Origin: the human T2T-CHM13v2.0 reference genome, Homo sapiens | Assembly: GCF_009914755.1 (NCBI RefSeq) | Contig: NC_060928.1 | DNA length: 64,000 bases | Reading direction: 5' to 3' (one strand) | Shown here: positions 1-12,401 of the stretch, one piece after another | How positions within the stretch are numbered: the stretch's first letter is position 1 | Layout of the letters: the number at the start of each line of letters is the position of its first letter | Notes under the pieces: model-generated | What the model was told of the DNA's origin: nothing | The model's input: only the letters and a program-made list of their open reading frames with translations | Databases searched by the model: none | Program-made: the position numbers and the translations under genes

Positions 1-1220
1 TCCGGTGGAAGAAATTTCTAAGCAGCAAAGCATTCAAGAGGTGACTTGGGTGCTGTTAAAAAGGCTTTTAGTTTTATAAGGGAAGCACAGCATAAAGTTT
101 AGAAAATTTGCAGCCTGACAATGTGATAGAAAAGAAAAACCCATTTTCTGAGGAGAAATTTAAGCTGGCTGCAGAAATTTGCATAAGTAACAAGGAGCCG
201 AATGTTAATCCCCAAAACAATGGGGAAAACGTTTCCAGGGCATGTAAGAGGTCTTCACAGCAGCCCCTCCCATCACAGGCCCGAGGACCAAGGAGAAAAT
301 GGTTTTGTGGTCCAGGCCCTGGGTCCCTGTGCTGTGTGCAGTCTAGGTACTTGGTGCCCTGTGTCCCGGCTGCTCCAGCCATGACTAAAAGGGGCCAAGG
401 TACAGCTCAGGCTGTTGCTTCAGAGGGTGGAAGCTGCAAGCCTTGGCAGCTTCCACATGGTGTTGAGCCTGTGGGTTCACAGAAGTCAGGAATTGAGGTT
501 TGGGAACCTTCACCTAGATTCCAGAAGATGTACAGAAATGCCTGGATGTCCAGGCAGAAGTTTGCTTCAGGGGTGGGGCTCTCATGGAAAACCTCTGCTA
601 GGGCAGTGCAGAAGGGAAATGTGGGGCCAGAGCCCCCACACAGAGTCCCTACTGGGGCACTGCCTAGTGAAGCTGTGAGAAGAGGGCCAGCATCCTCCAG
701 ACCCCAGAATGGTAGATCCACTGACAGTTTGCACCATGCACCTGGAAAAGTCACAGACGCTCAACACCAGATGGTGAAAGCAGCCAGGAGGAGGGCTGTA
801 CCTGCAGAGCCACAGGGGCGGAGCTGCCCAAGATCATGGGAACCCACCTCTTATATCATTGTGACCTGGATATGAGACATGGAGTCAAAGGAGATCATTA
901 CAGAGCTTTAAGATTTGACTGCCCCACTGGATTTCTGACTTGCAGAGGCCTGAAGCTCCTTTGTTTGGGCCAATTTCTCCCCTTTGGAATGGCTGTATTT
1001 ACCCAATACCAGTACCCCCATTGTATCTAGGAAGTAACTAACTTGCTTTTGATTTTACAGGCTCATAGGTGGAAGGGACTTGCCTTGTCTCAGATGAGAC
1101 TTTGGATTGTGGACTTTTGAGTTAATGCTGAAATGAGTTAAGACTTTGAGGGACTATTGGGAAGGCATGATTGGTTTTGAAATGTGAGGACATGAGATTT
1201 GGGAGGGGTAAGGGGTGGAA
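1..1220 (+). mobile_element. THE1 (MaLR) internal sequence, 5' part outside the window
   Basis: Matches recalled THE1-int sequence (GAAGAAATTTCTAAGCAGCAAAGCATTCAAGAGGTGACTTGGG...). Ends in a polypurine tract GGGAGGGGTAAGGGGTGGAA directly before the LTR. Confidence 0.93.
108..875 (+). pseudogene. Remnant of the MaLR/THE1 internal ORF, 255 open codons
   Basis: Translation (LQPDNVIEKKNPFSEEKFKLAAEICISN...KPWQLPHGVEPVG...) resembles the MaLR internal ORF. Starts on TTG, not ATG, with an apparent frameshift near 55-65. Confidence 0.7.
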
Positions 1221-1582
1221 TACTATGGTTTGGCTGCGTCCCCTCCCAAATTTCATCTTGAATTGTAACTTCCACAATTCCCATGTGTGGTGGGAGGAAC
1301 CCAGTGGGAGGTGATTGAATCATGGGGGCGGGTCTTTCCCATGCTGTTCTCCTGATGGTAAGTCTCATGAAATCTGATAGCTTTAAAAATGGGAGTCTTC
1401 CTTCACAAGCTCTTTCTTTGCCTGCTGCCATCCATGTAAGACAGGACTTGCTCCTCCTTGCCTTCTGCCATGATTGTGAGGCTTCTCCAGCCATGTGGAA
1501 CTGTAAGTGCATTAAACCTCTTTCTTTTGTAAATTACCCAGTCTCGGGAATGTCTTTATTAGCAGCATGAAAACACACTAAA
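1221..1582 (+). mobile_element. THE1B-like 3' LTR, terminal bases missing
   Basis: TACTATGGTTTGGCTG... start, GCCATCCATGTAAGAC, ATTAAACCTCTTTCTTTTGTAAATTACCCAGTCTCGGG near the end. The terminal TACA is absent. Confidence 0.92.
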
Positions 1583-1855
1583 GGCCGGGCAAGGTGGCTC
1601 ACACCTGTAATCCCAGCACTTTGGGAAGCCGAGGCAGGAGGATGACAAGGTCAAGAGATCGAGACCAGCCTGGCCAAAACAAAAATTAGCTGGGTGTGGT
1701 GGCGCATGTCTGCAGTCTCAGCTACCCAAGAGGCTGAGGCAGGAGAATCACTTGAACCGGGAGGCGGAGGTTGCAGTGAGCTGAGATCATGCCACTGCTC
1801 TCCAGCCTAGGAGAGAGTGAGACTCCATCTCAAAAAAAAAAAAGAAAGAAAGAAA
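1583..1855 (+). mobile_element. AluS (AluSc-like) with about 30 bp deleted at the end of the left arm
   Basis: GGCCGGGC start, GGTCAAGAGATCGAGACC diagnostic, A/(GAAA) tail. CATGGTGAAACCCCGTCTCTACT is missing. Confidence 0.95.
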
Positions 1856-1944
1856 TGCTTATTTATTTTGGAATCTTCTGTGATCCCTCATATAGTGCCT
1901 AGCACATGCCCTGTACTAGTTAAGCAAATGAGAAGAAAAATGCT

Positions 1945-2062
1945 TGTAAGCTGCATGAGGGCCCCAGTTACACCTATCTTGCTCAGAATTATGCCTGCAG
2001 GGCCTAACACAATGCTGGACACACAGCAGGTCCACAACACATATGTGAGAATGAATGTGTAA
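1945..2062 (+). mobile_element. L2 3' end fragment
   Basis: GTAAGCTGCATGAGGGC...CCTAACACAATGCTGGACACACAGCAGG...GAATGAATG resembles the L2 terminus. Confidence 0.6.
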
Positions 2063-2201
2063 ACAAATGGCTTTGTGCACAATTTCATACCATCTACAAA
2101 AACGTTTTCTACACGCAGCATCTCCTTAGTCTACACAGGAATTTGGGTGGCACAAAGGAGGTTATAGAAGACTCTTAGCAAGGTGAAAGATATTTCAAGT
2201 T

Positions 2202-2506
2202 GGCTGGGTACGGTGGCTCAGGCCTGTAATCCCAGCACTTTGGGAAGCCGAGGCGGGTGGATCACGAGGTCAGGAGATCAAGACCATCCTGGCTAACATG
2301 GTGAAACCCCGTCTCCACTGAGGAAAAAAAAAAAAAATTAGCCAGGCGTGGTGGCGGGCACCTGTAGTCCCAGCTACTCGGGAGGCTGAGGCAGGAGAAT
2401 GGCAAGAACCTGGGAGGCGGGGCTAGCAGTGAGCCAAGATCCCACCACTGCACTCCAACCTGGGTGACAGGGCAATACTCTGTCTCAAAAAACGAAAAAA
2501 AAAAAA
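2202..2506 (+). mobile_element. AluY, diverged, with expanded middle A-run
   Basis: ACCATCCTGGCTAAC and GAGAATGGC diagnostics. TTCAAGTT flanks both ends as a target-site duplication (TSD). Confidence 0.95.
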
Positions 2507-3329
2507 TTCAAGTTAACAAAGTGACAATCTGTATGCACATATTTAGGAAGAAAAGATAGACTGACAATCTACCTCAAAGGGAAAGCAAATATTGGAAGTT
2601 TCATTTGTTGCTATTCTCTTCTCTGTTTTTGGTGGATCTTTTACCTGGACCATGAAGTGGTTTTCTGCAAGGGGAGTATTGCAGTAAAGGCACGTACAGA
2701 CAGAGATGAGAACATAACTGAGGCACAGAGGGAGAGCCGTGGTGACAGATACTTTCTGTCCTTGGCTTTACTTCTGGGGGAGACTTCTTTTTCACATACT
2801 CCTGGCAATTATTAGTCCAACAAATCCATCATAAAGTTTTAGGGGAGATGTAGGAACATTCAGTCCCGGTATATGCAATCATTATCCTTTGGGCCGAATC
2901 TCCTCTGAGTTAATTAAATTCAAATAAGTATCTTTCCATTCCCCGGGACTTGGGAGGAGGAGTCCAACGCACTTGAGAAGTCACAAAACAGCCATTAGAT
3001 GTTAATAACTAAGAACTGTTCCAACCTCTGCTGGTTTTAAATGAGAAGACCAGAGGCATAAAGCTCCACAGGGCATTCCTAACTTCCTGAGGCACTCAGC
3101 TGTTGAAAATCAATTCCTCAAATAATAGTTTCCTCTTCCAAAATTTAGCTGGATCAGATATTTTTAGTTTAAAGGTCCTAATGAGACTTTGTAGGAACAC
3201 GCACAGCAAGGGAGAATCCTGCACGATAAATCACTGGAGGTGTGCCACCTTACGGCTGGAAATTTGAATAAACAGCTTTGATGATTTATAGCAGATGTTT
3301 TTCCACTTAGTTGTAGCCCACCAAAGCAC

Positions 3330-3460
3330 ATACTAGGCAGCATACTCCAGGAGAATGGGAATTAGAACCATTTTTGTGTCATTCGCCACTGTCTAAATGG
3401 CACCTGGCAGTGTCTGGTAGATAGTAGGTGCCCAACAAAATTTTTCTAGTGGACAAATGA
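3330..3460 (+). mobile_element. L2 3' end fragment
   Basis: GCACCTGGCAGTGTCTGGTAGATAGTAGGTGCCCAACAAAA resembles the L2 end. Confidence 0.5.
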
Positions 3461-3964
3461 CAGTTCTATTTAGACACAATGCAGTCTCCTCTGGTCAGTC
3501 CTAGGAAGAAAAGGGCATTAAATCACGTATTAGTTTTCAGGCACAAAGAATAGTGGACCTATTTTGAAGTGAAAATGCTATTGCCTTGGTAAATTCTTCT
3601 GTGGGGCTAGAAAGAATAAACTAGAAGTCTGGGGAGTTGCACGGTTCTTCTGAAGGCCTTCTAGACCTACTCTTTATAGATAGATTGCCTTCCAAACATA
3701 GCATGTTTCCACATGTATTTCTCAATTATTAGTTACATTACTTCTGCCTATTCTTGGACCCTAGCCCAGTGTCTTTAAGTTTGAACTTAATAAGTGTTCA
3801 TTGAATAAATGCTGACTCATATCTAATAGGGCATATGTTCCAAATTTACTTCTAACCATAAAGATGTGTTTTTTCTGCATCAAGCTATCCTTGCTGTCAC
3901 TCCTTTTTGTGACCAAAGCCTTTATTGGAAAGAAGATTGAATGGACATAACAGTACGATCAACA

Positions 3965-4255
3965 GATGTGATGCTTGGCAGTTTCCCCATCTCTGCCTGT
4001 AACTCCAGCACTTTGGGAGGCTGAGGCAGGTGGATCACCTGAGGTCAGGAGTTCAAGACCAGCCTGACCAACAAGGCGAAACCCCGTCTCTACTAAAATT
4101 ACAAAAAATTAGCCAGGTGTGGTGGCGAATACCTGTAGTCCCAGCTACTCGGGAGGCTGAGACGGGAATCGCATGAACCCTGGACGTGGAGGTTGCGGTG
4201 AGCCAAGATTGCACCACTGCACTCCAGCCTGGGAAACAGAGCAACACTCCATCTC

Positions 4256-4286
<31 letters not shown>

Positions 4287-4400
4287 CAGAAAGAAATAGC
4301 ACCTAATTCTTATTAGAGTTATTTTGCAGTCTAAATGATTTCATATACGTAAAGTAAATAGAATGTTACCTGGCACTTGAACTCTCAATAAACGCAATTT
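3965..4400 (+). mobile_element. MIR interrupted by an Alu
   Basis: CAGTTTCCCCATCTCT before the Alu and AATAGCACCTAATTCTTATTAGAGTT...CCTGGCAC...CTCAATAAAC after it follow the MIR consensus in order. Confidence 0.65.
3995..4284 (+). mobile_element. AluS lacking the first ~20 nt
   Basis: Starts at GCCTGTAA, CACCTGAGGTCAGGAGTTC, about 29-nt pure poly(A). Confidence 0.95.
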
Positions 4401-4706
4401 CAGTATCCACAATATGTATTATTGTATATTATCACTGTAGTTCCAAGTGATCACCACAAATATCAAAACTAATTTATGTTATATAATCCCAACTGGAATC
4501 AGAAGAATGCTTTGGGTTATCTTGGGACTCTGCAAATACTTAAGTTTGAGAAACACAAAGAATAAAAAAATCTAAAGAGAACCAGAATTTATGTAAAATA
4601 AAAATTAAAGTGAATACGTATTCCAGTTGAAAGGAGAAAATAAGCACAGAGAGTTCTCAGGGTGGAATTTATGAAAAACATCTTCACCTTCATCAGCAAA
4701 CACATC

Positions 4707-5014
4707 TTTTTTTTTTCTTTTTTTTTTTTCTTTTTTTGAGATGGAGTCTTGCTCTGTTGCCCAGGCTGGAGTGCAGTGGTGCGATCTCGGCTCACTGCAA
4801 CCTCTGCCTGGGTTCAAGCGATTCTCCTGCCTCAGCCTGCTGAGTAGCTGAGACTACAGGCATGCACCACCACGCCCAGCTAATTTTTGTATTTTTAGTA
4901 GAGACGGGGTTTCACCATGTTGGCTAGGCTGGTCTGGATCTCTTGACCTCACGATCCACCCACCTTGGTCTCCCAAACTACTGGGCTCACAGGAGTGAGC
5001 CACCATGCCTGGCC
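4707..5014 (-). mobile_element. AluS
   Basis: Poly(T) then GAGATGGAGTCTTGCTCTG...CCTGGCC. Degenerate TSD AGCAAACACATCTT / AACAAATACATCTT. Confidence 0.96.
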
Positions 5015-5199
5015 AACAAATACATCTTAAGTACTAATTGTGTATTATGACTTGTTAAGTTTTATCAACACAGAGAAAATAAACTTGGCCATTGTCGTCA
5101 AAGGAATGGCCATTGAGAGTAAAACAGTCGGTCACTCACCACGTAGGTCCCACACTGCAACTTGTGGAATAGAAATACAGGAAAAGTGCAATGCAATGT

Positions 5200-5770
5200 G
5201 AAAGATCACAAATGTTCCTTTAGAAGGGTTGGAGACAGCTTCAAGAGAAAAGGTAACATTTGGGTTGGGCCTTGAGCCCATACAGATATTTATGTGGTGT
5301 AGAAGAGGCTGTGGTGGAAGTGGGGAAGAAGAGGGCTTCTAGCAAAGGAGCAGAGAGGAGGAGAGGCCTGGGTCTTAGGAACCACCACATGCTGGCATGG
5401 CCAGATTTTCAGTTTAGTGAAGAGAGGGCAAGGGCTGCAACTGGAAACATGCAATGCATTTCCTGTGCCCTGGTAGGCAATTTGATCACTATCTTACTGG
5501 CAATAGAAAGCCAACAAGGCCTCAAAGCAGGCTTGGAAAGGATGACTCTTTTTCAGGAAAAATAGCCTGTCAGTAGTGTGGAAAATAAATTAGAAAAGGG
5601 GAGCAATTAGGTGGTGAGACAGTTGTGACAATAATCCAAACAGTGGCAAAGCCAATTGTTGAATCTCTGATTCAGGCCTCAAGACAGCATTGGAACAGAC
5701 AGAAATGGAGACTAATTGCATGTGGAAGAAAAATGGAGCAGGACACTATAGATTCCAGAGCAAAGCCTGG
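5200..5770 (-). mobile_element. Probable degraded L2
   Basis: Purine-rich stretch with weak resemblance to antisense L2. Boundaries approximate. Confidence 0.35.
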
Positions 5771-5778
5771 ATAGAGAT

Positions 5779-6534
<756 letters not shown>

Positions 6535-6881
6535 AATTAAGGGGATTGGCAGAGACAATAAAAGATTCAACAAGAAAATGTTTTGAGCCACTGGAGGGAT
6601 ATGATGGGGAGGGAATGGTAAGGTTTACCTGGAAAAGGTCGAGGCCGAATTGTTTGATTGGTTGTGAAGGCTCCTTGTTTGTCCTCCAGCTACAGTCCTT
6701 TCCACACATCTCATTCATACTTCAAATTGTTCCATTTCTCTTCAAGCCCCCCAATCCTCAATTAATGGGCTTTCTCAAAGACCAGGAATATACTTCAGTC
6801 ACTAAACCCAGTGTTCTCTTTTCAGGCCTTAACCTACTTGTCCTTTTGTAGAAATGGAAGATACGTGTGTACCTCTATAAT

Positions 6882-6994
6882 TAAGGCAGTCATGTAATGT
6901 ATTGTCCAGACAGATACATTTCTGAATGTAGAAGGACATTGTTAATAATTATGTTGGGGCAGTCCTGGACTAAGCAGAACGTTTGGTCTCCTGA
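6882..6994 (+). mobile_element. MER94-like hAT MITE
   Basis: TAAGGCAGTCATGTAATGTATTGTCCAGAC...GTTAATAATTATG...GTCCTGGACTAAGCAGAACGTTTGGTCTCC follows the recalled MER94 layout. Confidence 0.6.
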
Positions 6995-9680
6995 GAAGTA
7001 GGATCGTGCCAGGTGTGGAGGCTGCTCCAGAACAGGCAAGCACATAGTGAGAAACAGTGGTGCCACTCAAAGAGCATCTTGAGTAGTAGCGGAATAAAGA
7101 GCCTAATAATTCAGGGACAATAAACTTTTTCCATTCCCTGCCTACCCCACACTGCCAACACCTCTGGTCCCCAAGGCTGAATAGCAGATCAGGCAGAGGG
7201 TGAGGGAGTGTGGTTTTCAGGCGTCCAGACTAAAGCTGCTTAGTGGATGGAAGTTAAAGTACCAAAGACAAATAACCTAACTCTCCGTTCTGCCCAGAAG
7301 AGCCCTAGAACTGAAGATCGGGAATATTGGTTCAAGTACCCATACGGCTCCTGCATGTCCTACACTGCTGAAATGGAATATACACCTTGGAGCTCTATAG
7401 GAGCAGGGAAGAGTTTCGGGACTCAAAGTATTTCACCCTTTTTTAGAGCTATGAGATAAATGAGGAGAAAACAAACAATGATAACAACAAGATTGTAATG
7501 TTAAGTAGCTCTTGATTTCTGAGCCCAAGTGACAGGTTTAGCTCAGTGCAAGACTGAGCTCATGAATATTTTTGTTTACTGTTTTCATGAAGCCTGCTTG
7601 TGGCAAAGATAAACACCTGCCTTGCAAATTTATTTCTTAAATCAAAATATATCTTTCATATTTTAAAAGGAGGTGTGTTTAAAGAGGACAAGGATTAAAA
7701 ACATTCATTGCTGGATTTGTGCTATAATATGCTTGCCCTAAAAATTTTATTTTTCCTTAATTTGACCATCAAGATGTTTGCTATGCCTTTCCAATTTGCA
7801 GTTTTCACATACCAAACTTCTGCAGAGAATCTGGATGTTGTAAAGCATTTCTGAAGTTACAGACCATCTGAAAGTTTCTTAATGGGTCTAAGAGCCACTT
7901 CATTATCTTTTAAAAATATATACATAAACTTTAGTCTTTGAAAAAGTGCATTTTTCTAAAATGCTGATAACGCTGCCATATGTTGTTTTCATGCCTTTGA
8001 TTTGTAATAGAAAATATGTTCCTAAGAAACAATAGTAGATTCACATGTAGTTGTTTTCCTTCCAAGCCCCAAATTATATTTTCTACTTTACCAATTTATA
8101 AGCTGTTAAAGCCAAAAGCATTCTTCAAAATAGTCTGCTTTGTCACATCACATACACCTACCTATAATTTATAATTCTCTATGGCTATCATTTAACCTTC
8201 AAAAAGTGTCATTGATATTTTCTGGGCTACAAAGAAGTTGGCTACTCTTTCTGTTCAATGAAGGAAATAAGAAAAATAGGCAAATTAGGTGAGGTCCTGA
8301 AATAGACTGAGAGAAAAGAAATGCACTGAATATAAAGTTTATGACTGGTTCTGTTTGATTGAATTTTACAATGTCCAGAGAGGAGAAAAATGCAAAGCCC
8401 TATTAAAAAGCATGTTTAAATATGTTATGAATCTCCTGGGCTGGTTGTCTCATAATCTGGATTATTGAAGTATAGCACAGGAAAGGCCTAAGACCTTAAT
8501 TAGAGTAAGTGATATGGCAGCTCGGGCATCAGCAACACAATCTGCTGATTGTGAGAAAAACAAAATTAGACAAAGGGCTGTGGTTTAGAGACATGCTTGA
8601 ACAGTTAGGATTTTTTCCCTAGTTTTTTCTAAAGTGAAAAGAAGCAGATAGCCAGTGCAATAAGCCAAGGGGAGAGGGGGTATAGGCCTATTTGGTGGGC
8701 CCATATGTAAGCACAACCCAAGGCTCATATGCGCTAGACAAATCACAGCCATGGAGCCAGGAGGAAAATAGGAGTCTCCATAAATCCAATTCTGCCAGTC
8801 CAAGTCCAAAATTTATTTGGACAATCAAAGAGAGAAATAATGCTGTGAAAAGTAATCTTCTCTTCATGTCTTCTATATCTCCATGGATTTCAATGATTTT
8901 GAATTGGTTCCCCGTAGAAATAATTGTGAAGATTGGCTGTCAGCCAAGAAATATTTTTTTGTGCATTTACTATGCATAAGTAAATGAGTTCCCTGTGTCT
9001 CCTTTTATCATTGTGGGGTCTCCAACCCTGAGATCTCAATCCTCTTCAAAATCTCCCACACTTGTAAGTACAAATGTTTCAACTGAGCTCATGAGTAATT
9101 TATCTTAGTTCTTCTAATGGCCAAGGCAATTTCTGTGCAAGAAAACACAAAGCATGTCATGAGTTCAGTTGGCGTCTGAGAGTGGTGATGCGTCTGACAC
9201 TCAAGCCAAGCACGGAGTCCCCCAACACTATTAAACTACCAACTCAGGCCATGGTTCCCCTGATGACCGTTTTGTAAGCAAAGCGACAGTGCCCCAAATG
9301 CACTGGATTAAACTGTGCTGTGTCCCTTGGGGTCCTAATTACATTGAAGCCTCTTGGCATTCCATGTGACAGACAAGGTCTTAGACTCTTTCCGCCACAA
9401 AGGTACTTTTGTGTGTAAATAAATCTCAATTTTGTCTGCTTTGTTTTATTGTTATTTGTTTTTGTCTGTAGAATCTCTCTGTAAGTTTTATGTACATGAA
9501 GTGAGGGGATGTATCTGAGGGCTACATGCTCAAAACTATCCTTTGTTTTGGAGAATGATGGTGTGATTTTGAACCCCATCTTTGTTTGCCTTAACCTCAC
9601 TTCCCTTAGGATGGATTAGGTCACAGAAGATATCCGGATTTGCATGGAGACGTCTGTGCAGGACAGCCCTTGGGCCCAGC

Positions 9681-9740
9681 GTGACTTCCAACCGTGATTC
9701 CTCAAGTGATTCCTACAACTGTGATTCCTCACAAGTTCCA
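9681..9740. repeat. Short degenerate repeat, four copies of GTGA(C)TTCC
   Basis: Copies start at 9681, 9694, 9706 and 9721. Confidence 0.7.
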
Positions 9741-9900
9741 GCAGTGCTGCATGCATGTGCAGGGGAAAACAAGGAGGCATGAGGCAAGGATCACACCCTC
9801 AGAAAATGTTCAGTTTACCAGAGAAGGTAGACACACAGCAAATAATGATGGCACAAACTGAAAGCGATGTCTGCCACACAAGTAGCCACGAGAAGAAAGG
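9740..9900 (-). mobile_element. L2 fragment
   Basis: Resembles the antisense L2 3' region (CACCCTCAGAAAATGTTCAGTTTACCAGAGAAGGTAGACAC). Confidence 0.45.
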
Positions 9901-11044
9901 ACACAAATACAAGCAAACACTGTCAGGCCCCCTAATGTGAACACGACCATCAGTTTCAGGTGGGCACAAGGAATGAAGGCTTAGTCCGGTCTAAGATGTG
10001 GGTGTCTAAGCGGGTGGTTTTGAGGGACAGAACTTCTGTCCTGTTTCACCCTCTTCACTTCCTTTCTCCTCCTTACTGAGGGTCATAGCCTTTGATTGTG
10101 CTCCATTTCACTAAAAGGTGCAGGTACTTTTCCTTCAAAATAAGCTCAAACCCTTCCTGAACGCTTTCTCTTTCAACTCTTAAGCACATGTGCTGTGGAG
10201 TGACTTGTTATTTCCTGCCCTACAGATCTGTAAGAGAGCTAGGGCCTTTGCCCAATGTGTGAGAAGAGGTGCAACTTGCTTCCTCTCCTGCATTCACCTT
10301 AGCAGGGTTGTCTTCCGCGCGGCTGAGGTGGCCAAGCTGCTCACATCCCTGCACCCAGGTCTTGGCCACTACCAAATGGAGAAGCCCAGTCGACAAATGC
10401 TGTGGCCGGGCATTGTCACCCCAGCTGCGAGACCTTCTCTCTATCCATGGGGAGGGAATAGAAGGCTTCATTTATGCCACCATATGAGCAATAAGAACTT
10501 TGGACTGGTTTTATAAGTGAATTTGTAATCTCACATCCCAAGAAAAAAGTCTTCTGCAGTTTCCAAACCCTTTTAGGTTCACTTGCTTGTTAATTTTATT
10601 GTGAGAAGAATAAATAAAATCAGAAATACATAAATAAAAATATTTTGATGAGATTGTCATTCAAAATGGATTTGTTGGTGCAAAAAGAGTATTTTTAAAA
10701 AGAAAAAAAATCCACACAAGAATTATCACTAATCTCAAAAGACATAAACGTCTTAGTAGCCTGCAGAGATAGCTTTTACTTTATTTTAATATCAAAGCAG
10801 ATGAACTCAAAGCAGATGAATTAACTTCCTTAAAATATCAAAAGCTGATTGTCTGTTCTCATAATTCAATAAATTTGGCAAAGAAAAAGTGTTTCAGGTA
10901 ACACATGCTTTATGAAAGTGTCTCAGTTTTGTAAATTACCCCTTAGCCTCCAGTATTAGAGAAGAGCTTCAGATTTTTATAAATATTAATCCTGTCCTGG
11001 TTTATTACGTGCTGATTCAGATATAAATTACTTTTAAAATTTAA

Positions 11045-12401
11045 AAAATGTCATGCTTATTGGCCTAAGAAAATAATGACTTTCCTATCAGAGACTACAA
11101 CCAGACTTTAAGAACTCAATATCATAAAAATGTCCATTCTCCCCAAATTTATTTACAGATTCAGTGCAATTCCAATAAAAAGCCCAAAAGAGTTTTTCTA
11201 TGTAATTAGACAAGTTGACTTTTAATTTATATGGAAAAGTAAAGGGCCAAGCACAGTGGGGATTCATCATTGGGTGTATCAAACCTTATTGTAAACCAGA
11301 AGTAATTCAGACAGTGCAAGTGTTGTCTAGAAATAGACAAATAGGCCAAGGAAACAAAATAGAAACTCCAGAAATAAACTCACGTATACGGAAATGTATT
11401 AAGTGCAAAAGCAGGGATCGAAGCTCTGTGGTGAAAGGAAGGGCTGTTTATGAATGGTACTTGCACATTAACTTATGGATACCAAATAATGGAAATTGGA
11501 TTCCTACTTCACAGCCTATACAAGTATGGTCATGCACTCCCACATAATATTTTGATCAACAGTGGACTGCATATACAATGGTGGTCCCATAAGGTAATCA
11601 GGGAGCTAAAATATTTCTATGGCCTAGTGATGTAGCAGCCGTCATAACATAGTCACACAATGCATTACCTTTTCCATGTTTAGCTGTGTTTGATACACAT
11701 AGAATCATGTTACAGTTGCTGACAGTACTGAGTACAGTAACCTGCTGTACAGGTTTGTAGCCTAGGAGCAATAGGCTATTCCGTATAGTGTAGGTATGTG
11801 GTAGGTTGTGCCATCTAGATTTGTGGAAGTACACTCTGTGATATTTGCACAATGATGAAGTTGCCTGATGAAGCACTTCTCAGAACGTATCCCCATTGTG
11901 TTTCTCAGAATGCATCCTCGTCATCAAGTGATGCATAACTGCATAGCTTTAAGGTAGATTTAGGACTTAAATATTTAAGGCAAAACTACAATCTTTCAAA
12001 AGACAGTATCAGAAATATCTTAATTACCTCAGGGTAGGACTTTGCTTTAAAAAGATGTAAAAGAACTAACCATAAAAAAGATGGATAATTCGACTACATT
12101 AAAATACAGAGCTTCTGATCATCAAAAGAAACTATTAGAAAGTGATTGGACAAGTCTGAAGTAGGAAGAATGTCTGAACAACACAGAAGCAGCAAAGGCT
12201 TGGTTTGAAGAGCATAAAAACGCTTATAAATGAATTTTAAAATGATAAGCGATGTGATAATTGGCAAAAGCTATAAATAGAAATTTCTCAAAATAAGCAG
12301 CATAATTGATGCATGAGATATGAAAAATACCCAATCTTACTAGTAATCAAAGAAATGCAAATTAAAACTACAATAAGACAGCATTTCCTATCCACCTCAG
12401 A
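11045..12401 (+). mobile_element. Old L1M (L1ME-like) ORF2 3' fragment split by Tigger3
   Basis: CTCAATATCATAAAAATGTCCATTCTCCCCAAATTTATTTACAGATTCAGTGCAATTCCAAT and GAAATGCAAATTAAAACTACAATAAGA are L1 ORF2 motifs. Confidence 0.85.
11527..11941 (+). mobile_element. Tigger3/GOLEM-family (MER7-type) TcMar element
   Basis: GTCATGC...GGTGGTCCCATAAG...GTACAGGTTTGTAGCCTAGGAGCAATAGGCTAT...TCTCAGAACGTATCCCC...GCATAACTG, with TA on the left flank. Confidence 0.9.
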
